The translations under genes and the position numbers were made by a program. A DNA stretch of 64,000 nt from Gemmatimonadota bacterium (GTDB taxonomy: Bacteria > Gemmatimonadota > Gemmatimonadetes > Longimicrobiales > Gaopeijiaceae): NCBI GenBank assembly GCA_046756305.1, contig JBHHWB010000005.1, positions 9,088 to 73,087 on the forward strand, written 5' to 3'. Under the pieces are notes generated by a model. It saw nothing but the letters and a program-made list of their open reading frames with translations, was not told where the DNA came from and searched no databases. Positions 50,732-58,779 of this stretch are shown here, piece by piece (the first letter of the stretch is position 1; each line of letters starts with the position of its first letter).

Positions 50732-52519
50732 ATGAAGCCTACCAACACCCGGGATCCCCAGTATTACCACCGGGTGGTGGACTGTCAGTGGGCCTGTCCC
50801 GCCCACACCAACGTCCCCGAATACATTCGCCTCATCGCCCAGGGTCGCTATACCGACGCCTACATGGTGAACCGGCAGTCCAACGTCTTTCCGGGGATCC
50901 TGGGACGCACCTGCGACCGCCCCTGCGAGCCGGCGTGCCGGCGCACCCGCATCGACGGCAAACCGGTAGCCATCTGCCGCCTCAAGCGGGTCGCGGCCGA
51001 CCTGCGTGAGTCGGTCCATCACCGCCTTCCCAAGATCCCCGATGAGAAGAACGGCAAGCGCGTTGCCCTCATCGGGGGAGGCCCCGCCTCTCTCACGGTG
51101 GCCAACGACCTCCTGCCCCTGGGCTACGAGGTGGTGCTCTACGAGAAGCACGACAAGCTGGGCGGTCTCATGCTGACCAACATCCCGGCTTTCCGCCTTC
51201 CCCAGCGGGTCCTGGAAGAGGAGATCGGCTTCATCGTGGACATGGGTCTGGAGGTGCACCTGGAGACCCCCGTGGCCAGCCTGCGCGACCTGTATGAGAA
51301 CGGCGGGTTCGACGCCATATTCGTGGGCGTGGGAGCGCCCCGGGGGAAGGATCTCAAACTTCCCGGCCGCTGGGACTCTCCCAACGTCCACATCGGCATC
51401 GATTGGCTGGAGAGCGTGGCCTTCCAGCACGTGGACAGCATCGGGGAGCGGGTGCTGGTCATCGGCGTGGGCAACACCGCCATGGACTGCTGCCGGACGG
51501 CCAAGCGCCTGGGGGGCAAGGATGTGAAGGTCATGGCCCGCCGCGGGCGCAAGGACTTCAAAGCCTCGGACTGGGAGCTGGAGGACGCCGAAGAGGAAGG
51601 CATCGAGGTGCTCGAGTACCACGCCCCCAAGGAGTTTGTGGTGGAGGACGGAGTCCTCAAGGGGATGAAGTTCGCCATCGTGGAGTGGCGCGAGGATCCG
51701 GAGAGCGGACGCACCAAGGCCTACCCCATCGAAGAGGTGTTCATCCCCGCCGACGATGTGATCCTGGCCATCGGCCAGGAGAACGCCTTCCCCTGGATCG
51801 AGCGGGACATGGGCATCGAGTTCGGCGAGTGGGACATGCCCGTGGTGGACCGGGTGACGCACCAGTGCACCCTTCCTGGAGTTTTCTTCGGCGGCGACGC
51901 GGCGTGGGGGCCGGAGAACATCATCTGGGCGGTGGAGCACGGGCACCAGGCGGCCATCTCCATCCATAACCACTGTCACGGGATCCCCCTGGATCAGCGC
52001 CCGCCCTACGGGATGAACCTCATCTCCCAGAAGGTGGGGATGCACGAGTGGAGCTACGCCAACGAATACAACCCGGCGCAGCGCACCCCCATGCGGTACC
52101 TGGATCTGGAGGACCGGCTGCGGGCCATCAACGTGGAGGCTGAGCTGGGCTACAACGTAGAAGAGACGGCCCGGGAAGTTCAGCGCTGCCTCAACTGCGA
52201 CATCCAGACCGAGTTCGAGGCACGGCTCTGCATCGAGTGCGACGCGTGTATCGACGTCTGTCCGCTGCACTGCCTCACCATCACCGAGAACGGAGAGGAA
52301 GACGATCTTCGCCAACGACTTCTCGCCCCCGCGGAGAACCTGGACCAACCCCTCTTCGTTTCCGAGGACCTTCCCCAGACAGGCCGGGTGATGGTCAAGG
52401 ACGAGGACCTGTGCGTGCACTGCGGGCTATGCGCGGAACGCTGCCCCACGGCGGCGTGGGACATGCAGAAGTTCGAGCTCCTCATTCCCTACGCGGGACA
52501 TTCGGGGTGGCCGGAATGA
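50732..52519 (+). CDS. GltD/NfnB-like NAD(P)H-dependent FAD/Fe-S oxidoreductase fused to a C-terminal 2x[4Fe-4S] ferredoxin domain (KorC-like)
   Basis: Trimmed to MKPTNTRDPQYY (ATG at 50732, caggag upstream). N-terminal Fe-S Cys motifs CQWACPAHTNVPEYI and CDRPCEPAC. Dinucleotide folds VALIGGGPASLTVA and VLVIGVGNTAMDC. C-terminal CLNCDIQ...CIECDACIDVCP and CVHCGLCAERCP. Confidence 0.82.
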   Translation: MKPTNTRDPQYYHRVVDCQWACPAHTNVPEYIRLIAQGRYTDAYMVNRQSNVFPGILGRTCDRPCEPACRRTRIDGKPVAICRLKRVAADLRESVHHRLPKIPDEKNGKRVALIGGGPASLTVANDLLPLGYEVVLYEKHDKLGGLMLTNIPAFRLPQRVLEEEIGFIVDMGLEVHLETPVASLRDLYENGGFDAIFVGVGAPRGKDLKLPGRWDSPNVHIGIDWLESVAFQHVDSIGERVLVIGVGNTAMDCCRTAKRLGGKDVKVMARRGRKDFKASDWELEDAEEEGIEVLEYHAPKEFVVEDGVLKGMKFAIVEWREDPESGRTKAYPIEEVFIPADDVILAIGQENAFPWIERDMGIEFGEWDMPVVDRVTHQCTLPGVFFGGDAAWGPENIIWAVEHGHQAAISIHNHCHGIPLDQRPPYGMNLISQKVGMHEWSYANEYNPAQRTPMRYLDLEDRLRAINVEAELGYNVEETAREVQRCLNCDIQTEFEARLCIECDACIDVCPLHCLTITENGEEDDLRQRLLAPAENLDQPLFVSEDLPQTGRVMVKDEDLCVHCGLCAERCPTAAWDMQKFELLIPYAGHSGWPE

Positions 52520-54312
52520 GCACGCCCGGAGTGAACGATTTTGCCCTCAAGGTGGGAACGGTGAACGGCACCGGCTCGGCGAGCGCCAACGGCCTGCTTC
52601 TCCAGGCCCTCTTCCGCATGGGGATCCCGGTGTCGGGCAAGAACGTCTTTCCGTCCAACATCCAGGGTCTTCCCACCTGGTACGAGATCCGGGTAAATCG
52701 GGACGGCTATACGGCCCGCAGCCCCGACTTCCAGGTGATGGTGGCCATGAACGCCCAGAGCTACCAACGGGACATCGCCGAGGTGGCTTCGGGAGGATGG
52801 GTGCTCTACGACTCGACGCGCGACCTGCCGGCCGAGCTCATGCGGGACGACGTGACCTTCCTGGGGATCCCGCTGGCCCGCATGTGCGCCGAAGCCTTCG
52901 ACAGCGCCCGCGCCCGCATCCTCCTCCGCAACATCGCCTACGTGGGCGCGTTGGTGGCCCTCCTGGACGTCGACATGGAGGTGGTGCGCGAGATGATCCG
53001 GGAGAAGTTCGGCCGCAAGGAACACCTCCTCAACGCCAACTTCGTTGCCATCGAGATGGGCTACACGTACGCTCGCGAGCATTTCGACTGTCCCCTCCCC
53101 GCCCGCGTCGAGCGTATGGACGCCACGGCGGACAAGGTTCTCGTCACCGGCAATGCCGCCACCGCGCTGGGTGCGCTGTACGCCGGCGCGACGGTGGGCG
53201 CGTGGTATCCCATTACGCCCGCCACGTCAGTGATGGATTACTTCAAGGAGTTCTGCCAGCGATTCCGGGTGGATCCGGAGACGGGCAAGAACCGGTACTG
53301 CATTCTGCAGGCGGAAGACGAACTGGCCGCGGCGGGCATGGTCATCGGGTCGGGGTGGATGGGAGCCCGGGCCTTTACGCCCACCAGCGGGGCCGGCATC
53401 GACCTCATGAGCGAGTTCATCGGTCTGGCCTACTATGCTGAGGTGCCTTCCGTCTTCGTGGACGTGCAGCGTACCGGCCCCTCGACGGGTATGCCCACGC
53501 GCACCCAGCAAGGGGACCTCCTCCTCACGGCGTACGCATCCCACGGGGACACCAAGCACATCTGCCTTTACCCTGCGGATCCTGCCGAGTGCTTCGAGTT
53601 CAGCGTGGCGGCCTTCGATCTGGCGGAGCGCTTCCAGACCCCGGTGTTCCTTGTGTCGGGTCTGGACATCGGGATGAACGACTGGATGATCCCCCGCCTC
53701 GAGTGGAACGCCGACTACCGCCCCGACCGGGGGAAGGTCCTCTCCGCCGAGGAGCTGGAGGAGATGGAGACCTTTTACCGGTATCTGGACGTGGACGGAG
53801 ACAACATCCCATACCGGACCCTTCCCGGCGTTCACCCCAAGGGCGCCTACTTCACCCGCGGATCGGGCCACGACAAGTTCGGACGCTACACGGAAGACAG
53901 CGAAGCCTATCAGGAGGTCGTGGATCGCCTCGCGGCCAAACTGCGTTCTGCCGCCACCGCCGTGCCGGCGCCCGAGATCCGTCGGGGCGATCCCCCGACC
54001 CGGGAAGCCCTGGTTTCTGTGGGTGGGTGCCACGGGGCGGTGCTCGAGGCCCGGGACGAGTTGGCCCGTCAGGGCCGCGGGATGGACTACATGCGGATCC
54101 GGGGCTTTCCCTTCGGGGAGGAGGTGGAAGCGTTCCTCGCCGAGCACGACGAGATCTTCGTGGTGGAGCAGAATCGGGACGGACAGTTGCGGGCGCTCCT
54201 TACGATGGAGACGAACTGCCCCAAGGAAAAGCTGCGCGCGGTCCTCAACTACAGCGGACAGCCCCTGAGCAAGGAGCATGTCCTCCACGGCGTCCGCCAG
54301 GAGGCTTCATGA
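52516..54312 (+). CDS. korA: 2-oxoacid (2-oxoglutarate):ferredoxin/acceptor oxidoreductase subunit alpha (gamma-alpha fusion, KorA type)
   Basis: Trimmed to MSTPGVNDFALKVGTVNGTGSASANGLL (ATG at 52516, ATGA overlap). N-terminal gamma-domain motif, then alpha domain GNAATALGALYAGATVGAWYPITPATS, ILQAEDELAAAGMVIGSGWMGARAFTPTSGAGIDLM, VDVQRTGPSTGMPT. Confidence 0.88.
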   Translation: MSTPGVNDFALKVGTVNGTGSASANGLLLQALFRMGIPVSGKNVFPSNIQGLPTWYEIRVNRDGYTARSPDFQVMVAMNAQSYQRDIAEVASGGWVLYDSTRDLPAELMRDDVTFLGIPLARMCAEAFDSARARILLRNIAYVGALVALLDVDMEVVREMIREKFGRKEHLLNANFVAIEMGYTYAREHFDCPLPARVERMDATADKVLVTGNAATALGALYAGATVGAWYPITPATSVMDYFKEFCQRFRVDPETGKNRYCILQAEDELAAAGMVIGSGWMGARAFTPTSGAGIDLMSEFIGLAYYAEVPSVFVDVQRTGPSTGMPTRTQQGDLLLTAYASHGDTKHICLYPADPAECFEFSVAAFDLAERFQTPVFLVSGLDIGMNDWMIPRLEWNADYRPDRGKVLSAEELEEMETFYRYLDVDGDNIPYRTLPGVHPKGAYFTRGSGHDKFGRYTEDSEAYQEVVDRLAAKLRSAATAVPAPEIRRGDPPTREALVSVGGCHGAVLEARDELARQGRGMDYMRIRGFPFGEEVEAFLAEHDEIFVVEQNRDGQLRALLTMETNCPKEKLRAVLNYSGQPLSKEHVLHGVRQEAS

Positions 54313-55364
54313 AGCAGGTCGGCAAGCCGGTCGCCCGGCACCCCCGGGCACGCACTAACGCCCTGGGCTTGACGCCCCGGGACTACGAAGGGGCCATGTC
54401 CACGCTGTGCGCCGGGTGCGGGCATGACTCGGTGACGGGCGCCCTGATCCAGGCCTTCTTCGAGTTGAGCGTGGAGCCCCATCGGGTGGCGAAACTTTCC
54501 GGGATCGGGTGTTCCTCCAAGACGCCTGCCTACTTCCTCAAGGAAGCCCACGGCTTCAACGGGGTGCACGGGCGTATGCCGTCCCTCACCTCCGGCGCCA
54601 ACGCCGCCAATCGGGACCTTCTCTACGTGGGGATCAGCGGCGACGGAGATTCCCTCTCCATTGGACTGGGACAGCTCTGCCATGCCATCCGGCGCAACGT
54701 GGACATGCTCTACGTCCTGGAGAACAATGGCGTGTATGGTCTCACCAAGGGCCAGTTTTCCGCCTCGGCCGACGTGGGGTCGGTGTCCAAGCGTGGTGAG
54801 ATCAACCGGCAGGGTCCCATCGATCCCGTGAATCTGGCTCTCTCCCTGGGTGCTACCTTCGTTGCTCGCTCCTTTTCCGGAGACAAGCGGCAGCTCGTGC
54901 CCATCCTCAAGGCCGGTTTGGAGCACAAGGGGTTCGCCTTCGTGGACGTCATCAGCCCGTGCGTCACCTTCAACGATCACGAAGGTTCCACGAAGAGCTA
55001 CGTCTACACCCGCACCCACGCCCAGGAGCTGGTCGCCACGGATTTCATTCCCATCCAGGCGGAGATCACCACGGACTACGATGAAGGCGCGGAGTGCATG
55101 GTGACCCTCCACGACGGGAGCCAGGTCTGCTTCCGCAAGGTGGCGGAGAACTATGACCCCACGGACCGGGGCGCCGTCCTGGAATACCTGCGGGACGTGC
55201 GGAACCGTGGGGAGATTCCCACGGGACTCCTCTACCTCGAGGAAACGGAGGAGGACATGCACGCCGTCGAAAACACGGTGGATACGCCCCTGGTGGACAT
55301 TCCGTTCGATGACCTCTGCCCCGGGGCCGACGCGCTGCAGTCTCTCCAGGAGGAGTGGAGGTAG
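54309..55364 (+). CDS. korB: 2-oxoacid:ferredoxin/acceptor oxidoreductase subunit beta (TPP-binding, KorB type)
   Basis: Trimmed to MKQVGKPVARHP (ATG at 54309, ATGA overlap). CAGCGHDS, GIGCSSK, GISGDGDSLSIGLGQLCHAIRRNVDMLYVLENNGVYGLTKGQ (TPP GDG-x-N motif). Confidence 0.88.
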   Translation: MKQVGKPVARHPRARTNALGLTPRDYEGAMSTLCAGCGHDSVTGALIQAFFELSVEPHRVAKLSGIGCSSKTPAYFLKEAHGFNGVHGRMPSLTSGANAANRDLLYVGISGDGDSLSIGLGQLCHAIRRNVDMLYVLENNGVYGLTKGQFSASADVGSVSKRGEINRQGPIDPVNLALSLGATFVARSFSGDKRQLVPILKAGLEHKGFAFVDVISPCVTFNDHEGSTKSYVYTRTHAQELVATDFIPIQAEITTDYDEGAECMVTLHDGSQVCFRKVAENYDPTDRGAVLEYLRDVRNRGEIPTGLLYLEETEEDMHAVENTVDTPLVDIPFDDLCPGADALQSLQEEWR

Positions 55365-55366
55365 GC

Positions 55367-55384
55367 CCGACCCGAGAGGGTCGG
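55367..55384 (+). terminator. Short hairpin after korB (weak terminator or processing-site candidate)
   Basis: ccgaccc-gaga-gggtcgg (7-bp stem, GAGA loop) begins 3 nt after the TAG at 55362-55364. There is no immediate U-tract; a T5 run lies about 25 nt further on. Confidence 0.35.
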
Positions 55385-55478
55385 ATTCCCACACGGCAGG
55401 CGGATTTTTCCCGACATACATTTGTGGTGCCGGAGTGAATTTTCAGGGGATGCGCGATCCATCCCTTCGCAGAGCGGC

Positions 55479-56675
55479 ATGAAACGTGAGTTCCTGGACG
55501 GCGCCGAAGCCATCGCCCGGGCCGCCGTCCACGCCGGATGCGACTTCTTTGCCGGGTATCCCATCACCCCGGCGACGCCGATCCTCCTGCACATGACGCG
55601 GGAGCTCCCCAGAATCGGCGGCGTGGCCATCCAGGCCGAAGACGAGATCGCCTCCATGGGCTTCTGCATCGGAGCGGCGCTGGCGGGTCGCCGGGTCCTC
55701 ACCGCCACCAGCGGGCCGGGGATCAGCCTCTACAGCGAGAACATCGGTCTGGCCGTCATGGGCGAGATACCCATGGTGATTGTGGACGCCCAGCGGCTGG
55801 GTCCCGCCACGGGCGGCGCCACCACTGTGGCCCAGGGCGATGTCCAGTTCCTGCGCTGGGGGACGTCGGGGGGGTATCCCGTCATCGTCCTCGCCCCGGC
55901 CGACGTGGCCGAGTGCTACACCCTGACCCGGAAGGCCTTCGACCTGGCGGAGCGCTTCCGAGTGCCCGTCTTCCTGGCCACGGACAAGGAGACGGTACTG
56001 AGTCGGGCGACGGTGGACGTGGATCGCCTGGAGGAAGTTCCTGTGCGGGAACGGAGCACGGTGGGAAACGAGGTCCCTCCGGAGGCCTTCCTTCCGTCTG
56101 CGGCCGATGCCCCCGATGGTGTGCCGCCCATGGCGCCCTTCGGGGGACCCCACTTCCTGCGCTTCACCACCTCCACCCACGATGAAGCCGGCTACCTCAC
56201 CAAGAAGCCGGAGGAGGTGGACCGCCTGAACCGGCGTCTGGCGGCCAAGGTGGAGGAGCACCGGGAGGAGATCGAGTTGGTGGACCGGGATACGGCGGAA
56301 GACGCCGACGTGCTGGTGGTGAGCTACGGCATCACCGCCCAGGCGGCCCGGGAGGCGGTTTCCCGCCTGCGGAAGGAAGGCGCACGCGTGTCCCACCTGG
56401 TGATCCTGTCCCTCTGGCCCGTGCCGGAGGCGGCGCTGCGGCGTGCCCTCCAGGGGGTGCGCCGGGTGGTGGTGCCGGAACTCAACCTGGGACAGTACCG
56501 GCGGGAGGTGGAGCGCGTCGCGGGGTTGGAGTGTGTCGCGGATCCCTCCGGGTCCTCCCCCCCGGGCGGGGTGGAGATCATGGGCGTAAACCGGGTGGAC
56601 GGGGAGCTCATCACGCCCACGCAGATCATGGAGGCGGTCGCGGGCGCGGCGGGACCTGCGGAGGTGCCGTCATGA
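55479..56675 (+). CDS. Second 2-oxoacid:ferredoxin oxidoreductase, alpha subunit (stand-alone alpha, Por/Vor/Kor type)
   Basis: Trimmed to MKREFLDGAEAIARAAVHAGCDFFAGYPITPATPIL (ATG at 55479). IQAEDEIASMGFCIGAALAGRRVLTATSGPGISL, VDAQRLGPATGGAT. Confidence 0.85.
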   Translation: MKREFLDGAEAIARAAVHAGCDFFAGYPITPATPILLHMTRELPRIGGVAIQAEDEIASMGFCIGAALAGRRVLTATSGPGISLYSENIGLAVMGEIPMVIVDAQRLGPATGGATTVAQGDVQFLRWGTSGGYPVIVLAPADVAECYTLTRKAFDLAERFRVPVFLATDKETVLSRATVDVDRLEEVPVRERSTVGNEVPPEAFLPSAADAPDGVPPMAPFGGPHFLRFTTSTHDEAGYLTKKPEEVDRLNRRLAAKVEEHREEIELVDRDTAEDADVLVVSYGITAQAAREAVSRLRKEGARVSHLVILSLWPVPEAALRRALQGVRRVVVPELNLGQYRREVERVAGLECVADPSGSSPPGGVEIMGVNRVDGELITPTQIMEAVAGAAGPAEVPS

Positions 56676-58006
56676 GCACGCCGCTGCCTGCCATCTCCAC
56701 CTATCTCAATCCTGACCAGATGCCGTTTCCCTTCTGCCCGGGGTGCGGACACGCTTCCATCCTGGAGCATCTGGACGCAGCCCTGGTCCGCATGGGGGTG
56801 GACCCCCACGAGCTGGTCATCGTCTCCGACATCGGATGTGCTGGACTGTCGGACCGCTATTTCACCTCCAACGCCGTCCACGGCCTCCACGGCCGCTCCG
56901 TCACGTATGCCACAGGAATCAAGCTGGCCAACCCGGATCTCCATGTGGTGGTGCTCATCGGCGACGGAGGATGCGGCATCGGCGGGCATCACCTCATCAA
57001 CGCCGCACGCCGCAATGTGGGTGTCACCGTGGTGGTGTTCAACAACTTCAACTACGGGATGACGGGGGGTGAGCACTCGGTGAGCACGCCTCCCGGCGCG
57101 GTGACGGCGACGACGCCCCTGGGGCAGATCGAGCAGCCCATGGACATCTGCAGAACGGTGGCGGTGAATGGTGCCACCTTTGTGGCGCGGACCTCCACCT
57201 TCCACAACGACGTGGAGGACGTGATGCTGCGGGCGCTGCAGAACGACGGCTTCTCCCTGGTGGACGTCTGGGAGCTGTGCACCGCGTACTTTGCTCCGGC
57301 CAACCGCATGAACCGGAAGACCATGGACCGGACGGTGGAGGCGCTGGGAATGGAGACGGGAGTGCTGGTGGACCGGCCCCGTCCCGAATACGCCCGCGCC
57401 TACCGCCAACAGGCCGCGGAGTCGGCGGGGGAGGAGGCCATGCCCGCCCACCCGGTGGAGCCGCGCTTCTCAAGCGACCTGGAACATCCCCTGAGTTGGC
57501 TCTTCGCAGGGGCGGCGGGGAAGCGCATCGGGTCGGCCGCTGCCGCTCTGGCCCGCGGCGGGGTGATGTCGGGGCTATGGGTGACCCAGCGGAGCGACTA
57601 CCCGGTGACGGTCCGTACGGGATATTCCCTCTCGGAAATCATTCTGTCTCCCGAGGAAGTGCTGTACACGGGAATCCGTTCCCCCGACGTGGTCCTGGAT
57701 CTCTTCCCGGAAGGGCACGCCCAGATCGTGGACCGCATTCGGGCGCTGGGCCCCGAGGCCCGGGTCTACCGCAGCGCCGAACTTCCCGAGGTGGAGACCC
57801 GGGCCCGGGTGGTACGGCTGGACTTCGGCTCGGTGCCGGGCTTCCAGCGGAAGAAGGACCAGTGGGCCCTCCTCGCCCTGGGCCGCGCCCTGGCGGATAC
57901 GGGCGCCTACCCCCTGGAGGCGCTCCGGGAGGCCCTGGGGGCCTCTGCCGCCCAGCGCTGGGCGGCCGTAGAAGCCGGGATCCGGGAGCTGCCTGGGCTG
58001 TCATAG
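56672..58006 (+). CDS. Second 2-oxoacid:ferredoxin oxidoreductase, beta (TPP) subunit fused to a C-terminal gamma-like domain
   Basis: Trimmed to MSTPLPAISTYLNP (ATG at 56672, ATGA overlap). FCPGCGH, DIGCAG, IGDGGCGIGGHHLINAARRNVGVTVVVFNNFNYGMTGG (TPP motif). After a linker comes LFAGAAGKRIGSAAAALARGGVMSGLWVTQRSDYPVTVRTGYSLSEIILS, which resembles the POR gamma domain with a degenerate Gly motif. Confidence 0.8.
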   Translation: MSTPLPAISTYLNPDQMPFPFCPGCGHASILEHLDAALVRMGVDPHELVIVSDIGCAGLSDRYFTSNAVHGLHGRSVTYATGIKLANPDLHVVVLIGDGGCGIGGHHLINAARRNVGVTVVVFNNFNYGMTGGEHSVSTPPGAVTATTPLGQIEQPMDICRTVAVNGATFVARTSTFHNDVEDVMLRALQNDGFSLVDVWELCTAYFAPANRMNRKTMDRTVEALGMETGVLVDRPRPEYARAYRQQAAESAGEEAMPAHPVEPRFSSDLEHPLSWLFAGAAGKRIGSAAAALARGGVMSGLWVTQRSDYPVTVRTGYSLSEIILSPEEVLYTGIRSPDVVLDLFPEGHAQIVDRIRALGPEARVYRSAELPEVETRARVVRLDFGSVPGFQRKKDQWALLALGRALADTGAYPLEALREALGASAAQRWAAVEAGIRELPGLS

Positions 58007-58095
58007 GAGCCCGTGCCGCCGGCCGGGGGGCGAACGCCACCCTCCTTCCCGCGACTCCCGTCGGACTCGAGCCCCTTTTCGGAGGGCGGGGGGCC

Positions 58096-58251
58096 GTGGT
58101 GCGCATCCGACGGGCGGGAGAAGCGCCTCTCCTCCTCACGCCCCGAGGCGTCTTCGAGGAAGAGGAGCGCGGTGTGCGGGGGCTCTTCTCCTTTGCGGAC
58201 CTGGTGGGCTACGACTGGATCACCTGGGCGATGCCGTCTATCCCCTCATGA
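58096..58251 (+). CDS. Candidate small ORF (51 aa), hypothetical
   Basis: In-frame GTG at 58096, preceded by ggagggcgggggg. VVRIRRAGEAPLLLTPRGVFEEEERGVRGLFSFADLVGYDWITWAMPSIPS. Its TGA overlaps the ATG of the next ORF (ATGA). Weak support. Confidence 0.3.
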   Translation: MVRIRRAGEAPLLLTPRGVFEEEERGVRGLFSFADLVGYDWITWAMPSIPS

Positions 58252-58616
58252 CCTTTCTGGGGAAGGTCCTGGAGCTCCGCTCCCAGAAGGTGTTCCGCCG
58301 TCGCATGGATGCCGGAATCGCCGATGTCATCTCCCGCTGTCTGCGGGCCGCGGTGGAAGGCCCTTTTTTCTCCGACGCGGAAATGGAGAATCTCTTCGAA
58401 CAGGACCGGGCGTCCCTTTCGGTCCTGGCCGGGATGTGGGAGCGCATGAACCTGGCCTCTCCCCACCTCCGGCGCAGCATAGAGTCTATCCTGGAGATGC
58501 TCCTGGAACGGGGGAAGCGGGACCCGGCGGGGTGGGAGCGTTGGATCGGGATGCCGCGGGAGGCGGTGGAGGCGGCGTTGGAGGCCTTCCGAGAGATGAC
58601 CTCCCGCAGGAGTTGA
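58248..58616 (+). CDS. Hypothetical helical protein (122 aa)
   Basis: MTFLGKVLELRSQKVFRRRMDAGIADVISRCLRAAVEGPFFSDAEMENLFEQDRASLSVLAGMWERMNL... Balanced, non-shadow-like composition, and no strong competing ORF on the other strand. No family recognised. Confidence 0.5.
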   Translation: MTFLGKVLELRSQKVFRRRMDAGIADVISRCLRAAVEGPFFSDAEMENLFEQDRASLSVLAGMWERMNLASPHLRRSIESILEMLLERGKRDPAGWERWIGMPREAVEAALEAFREMTSRRS

Positions 58617-58651
58617 CGTCCACTGCGCTCCGGCCGCGAACCGAAGGGGAA

Positions 58652-58680
58652 CCGCAGCCAAGGGCAGACCGTGGCTGCGG
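58652..58680 (+). terminator. Hairpin downstream of the 122-aa ORF (terminator or RNA-structure candidate)
   Basis: 9-bp perfect stem ccgcagcca (58652-58660) / tggctgcgg (58672-58680) with an 11-nt loop, 36 nt after the stop. It is followed by aaattc rather than a U-run. Confidence 0.35.
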
Positions 58681-58779
58681 AAATTCGCCGCCGCCCATGG
58701 CGCAAAGGCGTGAGTTTTGCCACCGTTCTTCTTCCTCCCGCCACCGATGCTCGCACCCGACGGATCCGGAGTTCCTCAC

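Noticed and set aside
50618-52420. 600-aa minus-strand ORF
   Set aside because: It is antisense to the GltD-like/ferredoxin fusion gene and has no recognisable motifs.
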